A stretch of 32,000 nt of DNA from Methanopyrus kandleri AV19 (GCF_000007185.1 NC_003551.1:840001-872000); one strand, 5' to 3'; counted from the first letter of the stretch, positions 16,681 through 24,565 are shown. Made by a program: numbers and translations. Notes: generated from the sequence alone by a model not told the origin.

Positions 16681-18303
16681 TTATGGTCCTTCCAAGATAT
16701 CTCGGAGCCAGTCCAGCACCTCGAAGCTCATCTCGGGATCGGAAGCGGCGAACCTCAGCAGGGAGGAAGCGAAATCGGGGCTTCGCTCTTCCACCAATTC
16801 GCGAAAGATTTTGAACGCATGGCGCTCCGAGGCCAGTGCCGTGCGTACGTATTCTCGGACGAACTCGGGATCCCGGATGAGTTCCGGCCGCTCCACGAGC
16901 TTCTCGGCGACGTCTTCGCCGATCTTGGACAGAGAAGTCACCCACCACGGTAGGTGGGCGGCGTCCTCCCAGCTCAGAGTCAAGACGACGTCATCCGACT
17001 TCACCCTGACACCACGCACGGGTTCCGTAGAACCGATGGAAACCCCGGACTCGAGCTTCCGCAGTGCCTCACGAAGCGGTCGTACCCCTATGATTTCCTC
17101 CAGATCCTCCGCGGTATGAAGCACCGACGTCGGCTCCGAGGACTCGACGGGCACGTTCAAGCTCATGATCAAACCCGTCGCGATGGCGACCGCGCAACCG
17201 GCCTCGAAAGCGTCCGTCGAGTCACCTTCGATCCACACCTCCCAGGGTGTCGGAGCTTCGACGTCGACGTCGAACTCCTCGGGCAAAGTTTCGGGGACCA
17301 TCCCCAGATCGAGCCTCCGTGCGAACCATACGAGTCGAGCTATCGACATCGGTACGCTCCGGAGCGGCCGGAAGCGACGTCCTTTCCACCACCCCTCCCA
17401 CCGGTAGACACCCGCCCATACGTCCGCCTCGGGCTGCTTCAGATTACCACGCTCTTCACCCAGTCGAACCATCTCGTGCCGATCGAGCAGCGGATCCGGG
17501 TTTTCGGCAGGATTAATAGGGCCGCGGACGGCGACGCGGACGTCCCAATCTTCGGGCGCTTTCAGGAGCTCCTCCGGGTCGGCTGGGAGAACGCCTTCCG
17601 GTGTCTCGACGAGCAGACCCAAGAAGCACGAGTCCGATCGGTAGAGTGACAGCTCGGCGTAGTCCGTGAACTCCGCGGCTACCGGTTCCACCTCACCGAC
17701 CGCTTCGACCAAGTAAAGATCGACACTCGGGGCCCTAGTCCGGACGAATTTCTCCCCGAGCGACGCGCGATCCGCGAACTCGATGATGCTCCTCTCGCGG
17801 TGACTCAGTTCCCGAGAATCCGGGGCGTCGAGCACCGGAGCCAGCTCATCGACGCAATCCCACTCATCCCCCCGATATCCCGTGCACTGGAGGAGCGGGG
17901 CGCAGGCGAACGTCGCAGCGGCGTGAACGACGTCCTCGGAACCTCGCTGAGCCTCCATCACCGCCCGAACGAGTGCTAACAGGACTCTACCTCTCGTGGC
18001 GAACCCCACGTCGCAGTGTTCCGGCTCCGCGAACGGGCGACCACCTCGAACTACGTAAGGTCGAGCTGGGACCACCAGGTCCAACGAGGACATCTGTAGG
18101 CGATCGAGTAGATCCCCCGGTGTATTGTAGCGCTCCGCCAACAACTCGCTCACGTCGCCGACTGGATCCTCGCAGCGGGCTCTGTACTCGAGGTACACGG
18201 GGTCTCGCCGGAACGTGGCCCGAAAAGCGTGACGTCCGGGTCTGAGGCCTCGCTTTCTCGGACTCTCCCTGAAAACATCTTTTAGCTCGAATCCGGGTTC
18301 CAT
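16681..18303 (-). CDS. Hypothetical acidic protein (540 aa) with no motif I recognise
   Basis: A long ATG-initiated ORF whose composition matches neighbouring genes (E/R/V/D-rich). The ORFs on the opposite strand look like shadow ORFs. Confidence 0.7.
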   Translation of the reverse strand: MEPGFELKDVFRESPRKRGLRPGRHAFRATFRRDPVYLEYRARCEDPVGDVSELLAERYNTPGDLLDRLQMSSLDLVVPARPYVVRGGRPFAEPEHCDVGFATRGRVLLALVRAVMEAQRGSEDVVHAAATFACAPLLQCTGYRGDEWDCVDELAPVLDAPDSRELSHRERSIIEFADRASLGEKFVRTRAPSVDLYLVEAVGEVEPVAAEFTDYAELSLYRSDSCFLGLLVETPEGVLPADPEELLKAPEDWDVRVAVRGPINPAENPDPLLDRHEMVRLGEERGNLKQPEADVWAGVYRWEGWWKGRRFRPLRSVPMSIARLVWFARRLDLGMVPETLPEEFDVDVEAPTPWEVWIEGDSTDAFEAGCAVAIATGLIMSLNVPVESSEPTSVLHTAEDLEEIIGVRPLREALRKLESGVSIGSTEPVRGVRVKSDDVVLTLSWEDAAHLPWWVTSLSKIGEDVAEKLVERPELIRDPEFVREYVRTALASERHAFKIFRELVEERSPDFASSLLRFAASDPEMSFEVLDWLRDILEGP

Positions 18304-18318
18304 CCGCGATCCTCCCCG

Positions 18319-18371
18319 GTGATGACTGCGCTACAGACCGAGATTTCGATGAGGAGGGGCCGCTTGGCTGA
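18319..18371 (+). ncRNA. Candidate C/D-box sRNA with degenerate internal boxes
   Basis: C box GUGAUGA at 18319-18325, then a 12-nt guide CUGCGCUACAGA. D' box CCGA at 18338-18341, then a 7-nt loop. C' box AUGAGGA at 18349-18355, then a 12-nt guide GGGGCCGCUUGG. D box CUGA at 18368-18371. The exact 12-nt spacings support the call. Confidence 0.55.
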
Positions 18372-18398
18372 GTGAAGACCTTAGCGGGCTGATCTACG

Positions 18399-18818
18399 TT
18401 GACCGAGAAAGTGAGGAGGATCGTGCGGATCAAGGCCACGGGCGACGTGGTCCGTGCCCTGTCCAGGGTGGTGGAGGAAGGGTTGGAGCTCAGCATACTC
18501 AACGCGTCCGTGTCGCCGGATGCCGTGGCCGCCGAGATCGCGGTTCAGGCCGTCGACGACGAGCACGTACGGAACTTCCTGCGTACCCTGCGTGAGTTCG
18601 GGATCGAGGTCGAGGAGATCGAGAAGACGTTAGTACGTGATGAAGACAGATGCTTGCACTGCACGGCCTGTCACTCCGTGTGTCCTACCGGGGCGATCGA
18701 GCTCAAAGGAGTCGAGGTCGAGCTCGACGATGAGGAGTGCATCGTGTGCGGATCCTGTACGGAGATATGCCCCGTAGGTGCTCTCCGCATCGCGTCCAAA
18801 GAGGGTGAGCGGGGATGA
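18399..18818 (+). CDS. NIL-domain / 2x[4Fe-4S] ferredoxin fusion protein
   Basis: The N-terminal ~75 aa form an ACT/NIL-like domain (VRIKATGDVV...SILNASV...AEIAVQAVDDEHV...GIEVEEI). It is followed by CLHCTACHSVCP and CIVCGSCTEICP. The start is TTG 18399 or GTG 18411. The stop overlaps the next gene's ATG as ATGA at 18815-18818. Confidence 0.8.
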   Translation: MTEKVRRIVRIKATGDVVRALSRVVEEGLELSILNASVSPDAVAAEIAVQAVDDEHVRNFLRTLREFGIEVEEIEKTLVRDEDRCLHCTACHSVCPTGAIELKGVEVELDDEECIVCGSCTEICPVGALRIASKEGERG

Positions 18819-19825
18819 AGTTCTGGATCCCCCACCCTGGCCATACTTCCGGTCTCGAGGCTCTCCTTTCCGGGATCGACGACCTCGGGCGGGTGGAAGC
18901 CGTATACACCGGAGGCTCTCCCGATGAGGTCGGTACCGGCAGGCCCAACCTTCACTACCCACGACTCGACGAAGTCCGCGAGCAGGTCGAGCTGGCGCAC
19001 TCTCACGACGTGCTGTACGACGTCGTCATCAACTCCACCTGTCCCCTCCGGGGCGAACCTACCAGGCGCGTGGCGGAGCGTTACTCGAATTATCTAGAAG
19101 AGCTGGAAAAAGCTGGCGTCGACGGTGTGGTGGTGGCGGACCCCTTCGTGCTCAAACTGGCTGCCGAGGTCTTCGACAGGATCACGGTCTCGTGTCTCGC
19201 TTTCGTCAACACACCAGAAAAGGCCGAGTTCTACGCCGACGTGGCGACGGCGATCACGGTGGACACCAGCTTCAACCGCCGGTTCGAAGTCCTGGAGGAG
19301 CTCTCCCGGCTCCAGGTCGAGCTGAAGGTCATCGTGAACGAGGGGTGCTTACTCGATTGTCCGTACCGACCCTTCCACTTCAACATCTTCTCGCATCTGT
19401 ACGGCCCCGACGAGGTGTCGGTGTACGATGACTACTACTACCGCAGATGCATCGCGGACCGCTTGGAACACCCGGAGCTGATAATCAAGTCACCGTGGAT
19501 CCGCCCCGAGGACCTGGGACACTACCTCGAGTACGTGGACGCGTTCAAGATCTCTGGGAGGTCGCATCAGGTCGAGTGGATAGTCGAGGTGGTGAACGCA
19601 TACCTAGAGGGTCGCTGGGACGGTAACCTGCTGCACATCTTGGACTGCCCACGTGAGCTTCGGGACGTGTTCTACGTGCCCAACCCGGAATTAGACGGTG
19701 CGATTGAGAGGTGGAAGGAATGCGACTTCAGGTGTCACGAGTGCGGCTTCTGCCGTGAACTGGCCGATCGCGTGGTTGAAGTTCGAGAGTTCAAGAGCAC
19801 CGTCGTAGGGGAGGTGAGCGCCTAA
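18815..19825 (+). CDS. Peptidase-U32-family (collagenase-like TIM-barrel) protein; candidate Fe-S enzyme
   Basis: U32-like core: GVDGVVVADPFVLKLAAE...ITVSCLAFVNTPEKAEFYADVATAITVDTSFNR...ELKVIVNEGCLLDCPYRPFHFNIFSH. There is also a C-terminal Cys cluster, CDFRCHECGFC. The assignment is by remembered family pattern only. Confidence 0.7.
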   Translation: MKFWIPHPGHTSGLEALLSGIDDLGRVEAVYTGGSPDEVGTGRPNLHYPRLDEVREQVELAHSHDVLYDVVINSTCPLRGEPTRRVAERYSNYLEELEKAGVDGVVVADPFVLKLAAEVFDRITVSCLAFVNTPEKAEFYADVATAITVDTSFNRRFEVLEELSRLQVELKVIVNEGCLLDCPYRPFHFNIFSHLYGPDEVSVYDDYYYRRCIADRLEHPELIIKSPWIRPEDLGHYLEYVDAFKISGRSHQVEWIVEVVNAYLEGRWDGNLLHILDCPRELRDVFYVPNPELDGAIERWKECDFRCHECGFCRELADRVVEVREFKSTVVGEVSA

Positions 19826-19826
19826 A

Positions 19827-20189
19827 TTGTCCAAGAAGCTACTGCGTAGGTGCGCCGCACAGCTCAAACGTGTGCAGGATGCGCTCGGGGACGACGCGGT
19901 AGTCTCCGAGGTTGACCTGTTCGTGGCACGGTGCGGTTGTGTAGGTGTCGTGTTCATGGTCCGGGGCGTCGAGCTACGAGATATCAGCGACGAGGTTCTT
20001 GACGGACTGGAGGAAGCCGGGAAGGCCCTGGGCGTGCGACCCGACGTGGTTTACGCGCGCGTCGTCCCCGGCACCCAAGTGGTGATCGATCTGGCCGTCC
20101 GAACACTGTGCGACACGTGTCGTCGCGAGTTCTCCGGGGAGGAGCCCAGGCCCGACCTGAAGGTGCTCAGGGGCGCCACCGAGCGTTGA
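19827..20189 (+). CDS. Hypothetical 120-aa protein lying between the two U32-like genes
   Basis: The TTG start is 1 nt after the upstream stop. Composition resembles neighbouring genes. Cysteines occur at RRCAAQ, ARCGCVG and LCDTCRREF. The stop overlaps the TTG of the next gene as TTGA at 20186-20189. Confidence 0.55.
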   Translation: MSKKLLRRCAAQLKRVQDALGDDAVVSEVDLFVARCGCVGVVFMVRGVELRDISDEVLDGLEEAGKALGVRPDVVYARVVPGTQVVIDLAVRTLCDTCRREFSGEEPRPDLKVLRGATER

Positions 20190-20890
20190 CCCGAAGATGG
20201 TACCTGTGTTGTTCACGTCACCACCTCGACACCGTCCCCGAAGACTCCGACGGGATCGTCGTACCGGTCACCGAGCACGGTGTGGCCACTTTGCTACCCC
20301 GGTATCCGGAGACTTACGAAGTGGAGGACATCGTCGACGTGGCAAAAGATCGAGGATTATCGGTGCAGGCGCTCATGGACTTCACGTGCGCCGGCTGTGA
20401 GCATCTATCTCCCGATGGCTATCCCTCGCTTCGTTCGACCCTCGACTATTTGGCCTCGGACTTGGAGGTCGACGGTGTGGTGGTGGCGGATCCGTACCTG
20501 GTGGAAGTGCTCGCTACGGAGTACGATCTCACAGTGGTAGTCTCGCATACCGCCGCCGTGGATACTCCGGAGAAGGCGTGGCACTTCGAGCGACTCGGAG
20601 CTGACGTCATCACTGTGGATCCGGCGCTGAACTCGAACGAGGAAGAGGTTTCCGCCATCCGAGAGCGGGTCAGTGTCGAACTCCGGACCGCCGTAGGCGC
20701 GATTACGTTCCGGGACCCGGTCGCCTTCTTCGAGCGTAACCTGTTCTCGCACGCCACGGCCGAGGGAATCGAAGTGGACCCCTACCGTAACAATCCCTAC
20801 GAGCCGATGAGGGAGAGGGTCGTTGTGTGGGAGGTTCGTGAGGAGCTGTTCGACGAGGTCTTCATCCTCGCCTCCGGAGAACCTCCGTGA
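20186..20890 (+). CDS. U32-like paralog lacking the Cys motif of the upstream copy
   Basis: It aligns by eye to 18815-19825: VDGVVVADPYLVEVLATE, VDTPEKAWHFERLGADVITVD, NLFSH. The CLLDCPYRP segment is replaced by AITFRDPVA. The start is uncertain; TTG 20186 is chosen and the track ORF starts at 20108. Confidence 0.6.
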   Translation: MTRRWYLCCSRHHLDTVPEDSDGIVVPVTEHGVATLLPRYPETYEVEDIVDVAKDRGLSVQALMDFTCAGCEHLSPDGYPSLRSTLDYLASDLEVDGVVVADPYLVEVLATEYDLTVVVSHTAAVDTPEKAWHFERLGADVITVDPALNSNEEEVSAIRERVSVELRTAVGAITFRDPVAFFERNLFSHATAEGIEVDPYRNNPYEPMRERVVVWEVREELFDEVFILASGEPP

Positions 20891-22367
20891 TATCGGTCCT
20901 GGTCACTATCCCCACGACCCTGTTTTCCCCGTCCACCACGGGTAGACATGAGATGTTATGTCTGTCCATGCGCCTTAACGCCTCGTCGACGGACTCGTGG
21001 GGCCTGATCGTGATCACGTCCTCGGTCATGATGTCTTTGAGTCGCCTCTTCCCCTCTGCGACGGCCGCTGCGATGTCCCAGGACGTCACGATCCCTACGA
21101 TCCTCCCCTCTTCGTCGACCACTGGGATGTGGTTGATCTCCTTCTCTATCAACCTCCGCGCGACGTCCTCGATGCTCTCGTCCGGTGACGCCGTCACGAC
21201 GCTCTCGGTCATGATATCCCTGACGCGGGGGAGGGAGGGCGGTCGGTAAGGCATGGGTCTGAACTCACGCTCCCTAGGCAGTGGCTCTACGGGTTGGGTC
21301 AGCGTGAACTCTCCCTCCTCGATCTCCTCCTTGAGGCGCTCCGCGATCTCGAGGGCCATCTTGTAACTGGACAGTGCTCCCGTCCTCACCGTTCTACCTT
21401 CGATCTCCACTTTCCCGGATCTGAGCTCTTCGTAGGTCACCCTCTTCACCACGGGTCGGTCCCGGGACGGTATCCCGTAGTCGACGATCGGCACCTCGAT
21501 ATCGGCGTCGCTCACGCCCGTGGAGGCCGCTACCCGCTCGTCGAGCACGGGGATAGGGACTCCGATGCCGACCGCCAGGCTTACACCGTACTTCTCCAAC
21601 ACGACGGGGCGTAGGTACTCGGGGTCCGCTTCCTTCAGATCGCCCCTGACCATCAGCGTCGCCATGCCGCTGGAGGGATCGTGTTGCGTGCCTTCACCTA
21701 TGATGTATCCGTGAGATCCGGCGAGCCATATCCGCGTACCTATCCCGATGGTTCGGAACTCGGGGTCGTTCGCGAGCGGATTCAGCTGGCCCGCACCGCA
21801 GTACGTGACGTTCCCGTACTCGGGGAGCAGCTTGCCCATGTAGGTGTACAGGGTCTCTTCGGAAGAGTTCGTCGCCGCGACGTACCTCTGGTAGGAATTC
21901 CTCGGATTGACTATCACGGCCTGGTTGATGTCATCGATCGTGATCAGCGTCTCGACGGACTCCCTCGGGTAACAGTCGGTGACGGACCCCTCCGCCCGCA
22001 ACACGACCTCTTCACCGGACGCCAGCTCGTGGATCACGTGTGCCCCTCCGTACTCGATGCCACGATCCTCGCTAGGCTGGGTAGCGCCCAGATAAGCGTC
22101 CACCGCCGCGATACCGGTGTAGGCTTCCACTTCGTTCAACCAGACTCGCCTCATCTTGATCGGGGGGTCCGAGTGCCCGAAGTTCAGGAACACGCCCGAG
22201 CTGCACATGGGTCCGAAGGTAGCGCACGTAACCACATCTACCTCTTTAGCGGCACGTTCGGGCCCGATATCTTCGACGATTTCCACCATCTCCTCCGCGG
22301 TCACCACACAGACCTCTCCACGCTCGATTCGGCGGTTGATCTCATCGATACTCTTCCGACCCGGCAA
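20862..22367 (-). CDS. Homocysteine biosynthesis protein (COG1900/DUF39) fused to tandem CBS domains
   Basis: The N-terminus KSIDEINRRIERGEVCVVTAEEMVEIVE...VDVVTCATFGPMCSSG is typical of the COG1900 family (MJ0100/MA1821 type). The C-terminal ~120 aa hold two CBS repeats (VRDIMTESVVTASPDESI...IPVVDEEGRIVGIVTSWDI, repeated). The start is TTG. Confidence 0.85.
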   Translation of the reverse strand: MPGRKSIDEINRRIERGEVCVVTAEEMVEIVEDIGPERAAKEVDVVTCATFGPMCSSGVFLNFGHSDPPIKMRRVWLNEVEAYTGIAAVDAYLGATQPSEDRGIEYGGAHVIHELASGEEVVLRAEGSVTDCYPRESVETLITIDDINQAVIVNPRNSYQRYVAATNSSEETLYTYMGKLLPEYGNVTYCGAGQLNPLANDPEFRTIGIGTRIWLAGSHGYIIGEGTQHDPSSGMATLMVRGDLKEADPEYLRPVVLEKYGVSLAVGIGVPIPVLDERVAASTGVSDADIEVPIVDYGIPSRDRPVVKRVTYEELRSGKVEIEGRTVRTGALSSYKMALEIAERLKEEIEEGEFTLTQPVEPLPREREFRPMPYRPPSLPRVRDIMTESVVTASPDESIEDVARRLIEKEINHIPVVDEEGRIVGIVTSWDIAAAVAEGKRRLKDIMTEDVITIRPHESVDEALRRMDRHNISCLPVVDGENRVVGIVTRTDITEVLRRRG

Positions 22368-23466
22368 CGCCGGAACCCCGCAGGCCGCGGTGGAGCACGC
22401 CCAGTTCCTCCTCCAGCTTAAGCACCTTCCCCGGATCCGCTGACTTCACGGGGTTGCGCGGTGCCAGCGGACACGGGCGATGCTCCTTAGATACCTCGAA
22501 AAGCCCCAGCCGTTCCGAGAGGCGTTGTACCTCGTTCTTATCGAAACCCAACAACGGACGGAAGACCGGAAACCGTGCCACGCGATCGATTACCGCCAGG
22601 TTATCCGGGATTTGGCTCGCCACCTGTCCGATGACGTCTCCCATGACCACGGCCACGGCTCCGACGTTTTCGCACACGTCACACGCCCTACGTATCATCT
22701 CCCGCTTGCACAATACGCATCGGTATCGGGCCGATTCGCCCTCCAGCCCCTCCAGACTCTCCATGAAATCTTCGAAGTCCTCGATCAAAAGCTCCACGTC
22801 GGACGGTAACCACTCGGAGAACTTCCCAGCGAGCCGTTCTACGGCGTCCACCTCCGACCCGTACTTACCCCGGTCCAAATGCAGCCAGATCACCTCACAT
22901 CCACGACGAGCTGCGTACCAAGCGGCTACAGGGCTGTCGATACCACCGGATACCAGGCATACAACGCGGGACTGAGAGCCGTAGGGGAGACCGCCCGGGC
23001 CATCCTTCATCCACGAGTCCAGGTACACGAAGGTCCCTTCGGGCCGTAGTTCCACGTGAATCTCAACCTCGGGCTCGTCCAGGTTCACGGTCCAACCGGT
23101 GTATCGCCTGATCAGGTCACCGAGTTCCACGTTCATCTCTCGGGAGGAGGGTGCGTCGTGTGTGGCTCTCCGGGCCCGTACGGCGAACGATCGGGCCTTT
23201 AAGTCGTTCAGTACGTCCTTCATTTCCGTGAACACGTCCTCGGGGTCGTGAGAGTCGACGCGGAGCGTGCGCGTCCACCGTTCCACACCGAAGGTTTTAC
23301 CGATCGCTTCGGGAACCTCCGGATCGGCGACCAGCAGGCGACCCTCTAACCGTTTCACTCGCCCGCCGGACTGTTCTTCCAAATTCCGGGCCAACAGCCG
23401 CTCCATGCGTCGTCGGACCGGTGGGGACTTAACGGCTATCTCTCCGTACATTACCAAGCACTCCAC
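22342..23466 (-). CDS. thiI: tRNA 4-thiouridine / thiamine sulfur-transfer protein ThiI (archaeal type, no rhodanese domain)
   Basis: YGEIAVKSPPVRRRMERLL N-terminal/THUMP region and PP-loop SGGIDSPVAAW. The Cys triad CVLCKREMIRRAC is of the kind reported to bind an Fe-S cluster in methanogen ThiI. The start is GTG 23466 or ATG 23451. The track ORF to 23934 is over-extended. Confidence 0.85.
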   Translation of the reverse strand: MECLVMYGEIAVKSPPVRRRMERLLARNLEEQSGGRVKRLEGRLLVADPEVPEAIGKTFGVERWTRTLRVDSHDPEDVFTEMKDVLNDLKARSFAVRARRATHDAPSSREMNVELGDLIRRYTGWTVNLDEPEVEIHVELRPEGTFVYLDSWMKDGPGGLPYGSQSRVVCLVSGGIDSPVAAWYAARRGCEVIWLHLDRGKYGSEVDAVERLAGKFSEWLPSDVELLIEDFEDFMESLEGLEGESARYRCVLCKREMIRRACDVCENVGAVAVVMGDVIGQVASQIPDNLAVIDRVARFPVFRPLLGFDKNEVQRLSERLGLFEVSKEHRPCPLAPRNPVKSADPGKVLKLEEELGVLHRGLRGSGVAGSEEYR

Positions 23467-23511
23467 GAGGGTTACCCCGACTGGGTCCGGCCAGGACGGA
23501 CGCTTTGGAGG

Positions 23512-24411
23512 TTGTGTGACGCACGGAGGGGGTGTTCGACGCTGGGACTGCTGGATTCGTTGCTCGGTGGAGGAGATGAAGGGTCCGGGGAGGCCGAGGT
23601 GCGGGAAGTGCGGGATGAGGTCATCGAAGTGGAGCTCATCCGAGGCCCGGTGTACTTCAAGAACGACAGTATCATCGCGGCTCGGGGCGACCTGGAATTC
23701 TTGGCGACCAAGCCGGTTCGCTCGTCCGGAGGGATCACGGGACTCCTTGAGAAGGTGCTCAAGGCGAAGCTGCTCGGTCTGAGACGGTACTTCGTGAAAG
23801 TCGATGGGTCGGGAGTGTTGTACGCGGGTGACGGCGGTAAAGTCAAGGTGCTGGAGGTACCGGAGGGTGAGACCGTCACCGTGAACCAGGATCGGCTGCT
23901 CTTCACGACTACTCCGGCCGACGTGGCGGCTCAACTCGATGCGAGCGTGCTCAGTACAGGGCTCATCGACATGGGATTCGAGGGCCCCTGCAAGATCGTG
24001 GTCACAGCGGAGTGTGATCCCGTGACAGTCGAGGTGGACGGAGGTCCTGTCTACGTCGATCCGGAGTGTTTGATAGCTTGGACCGGTGATCTGACGTTCT
24101 CCGCGACCTGGAAGGGAAGCGCGTTCGACTTCTTGCTAGGCCGGGAGCACGGGGAGGAGTTCCTGCTCGAAGCGCACGGTTACGGGAAAGTTCTAGTGGC
24201 TCCGTACGACGAGAGGATTAGACGGTTGGAGCGTATGATCCGTCGTGCCGGTGCAAGAGGAGGTGGCGTCGTCGGTGGAGGCGAGAACTACGGGGAAGAA
24301 TACGGAGAAGAATATGAAGAGTATGAAGAGTCGTCGGATGAGGGTGGGCTGTTCGACGACCTCTTCGACTTCGACTTTGACACCGACGACTTCGACCTCG
24401 ACTTCGACTGA
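23512..24411 (+). CDS. AIM24/DUF124-like protein with a C-terminal acidic repeat tail
   Basis: A beta-rich body with AIM24-like patterning: VDGSGVLYAGDGGKVKVLEVPEGETVTVNQDRLL...VYVDPECLIAWTGDLTF...GEEFLLEAHGYGKVLVAP. The tail reads GGGENYGEEYGEEYEEYEESSDEGGLFDDLFDFDFDTDDFDLDFD. The start is TTG 23512 or GTG 23599. Confidence 0.6.
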   Translation: MCDARRGCSTLGLLDSLLGGGDEGSGEAEVREVRDEVIEVELIRGPVYFKNDSIIAARGDLEFLATKPVRSSGGITGLLEKVLKAKLLGLRRYFVKVDGSGVLYAGDGGKVKVLEVPEGETVTVNQDRLLFTTTPADVAAQLDASVLSTGLIDMGFEGPCKIVVTAECDPVTVEVDGGPVYVDPECLIAWTGDLTFSATWKGSAFDFLLGREHGEEFLLEAHGYGKVLVAPYDERIRRLERMIRRAGARGGGVVGGGENYGEEYGEEYEEYEESSDEGGLFDDLFDFDFDTDDFDLDFD

Positions 24412-24459
24412 CCTCCCTCCCCCGCGGCCTATTGTTATTAATTCCATAACGATCTCGGA

Positions 24460-24537
24460 TGGGGCCGCGGCCGGGATTTGAACCCGGGGCCACCGGCTCC
24501 ACAGGCCGGCGCTCTAACCAGGCTGAGCTGCCGCGGC
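24460..24537 (-). tRNA. tRNA-His (anticodon GUG), with encoded CCA
   Basis: The reverse complement folds as a cloverleaf. Acceptor GCCGCGG/CCGCGGC. D arm GCTC-AGCCTGGTTA-GAGC. Anticodon arm CCGGC-CTGTGGA-GCCGG. Variable loop TGGCC. T arm CCGGG-TTCAAAT-CCCGG. Discriminator C, then CCA. Position 8 is C and position -1 is C. Confidence 0.95.
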
Positions 24538-24565
24538 GCTCCCGAACCGCCACACCCTACGCTTG

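Noticed and set aside
24280-24408. Tandem DNA repeats (GAAGAATA-type units and TTCGAC units) considered as a non-coding satellite
   Set aside because: They are in frame within the AIM24-like ORF and encode the acidic tail, so I report them as a protein feature instead.
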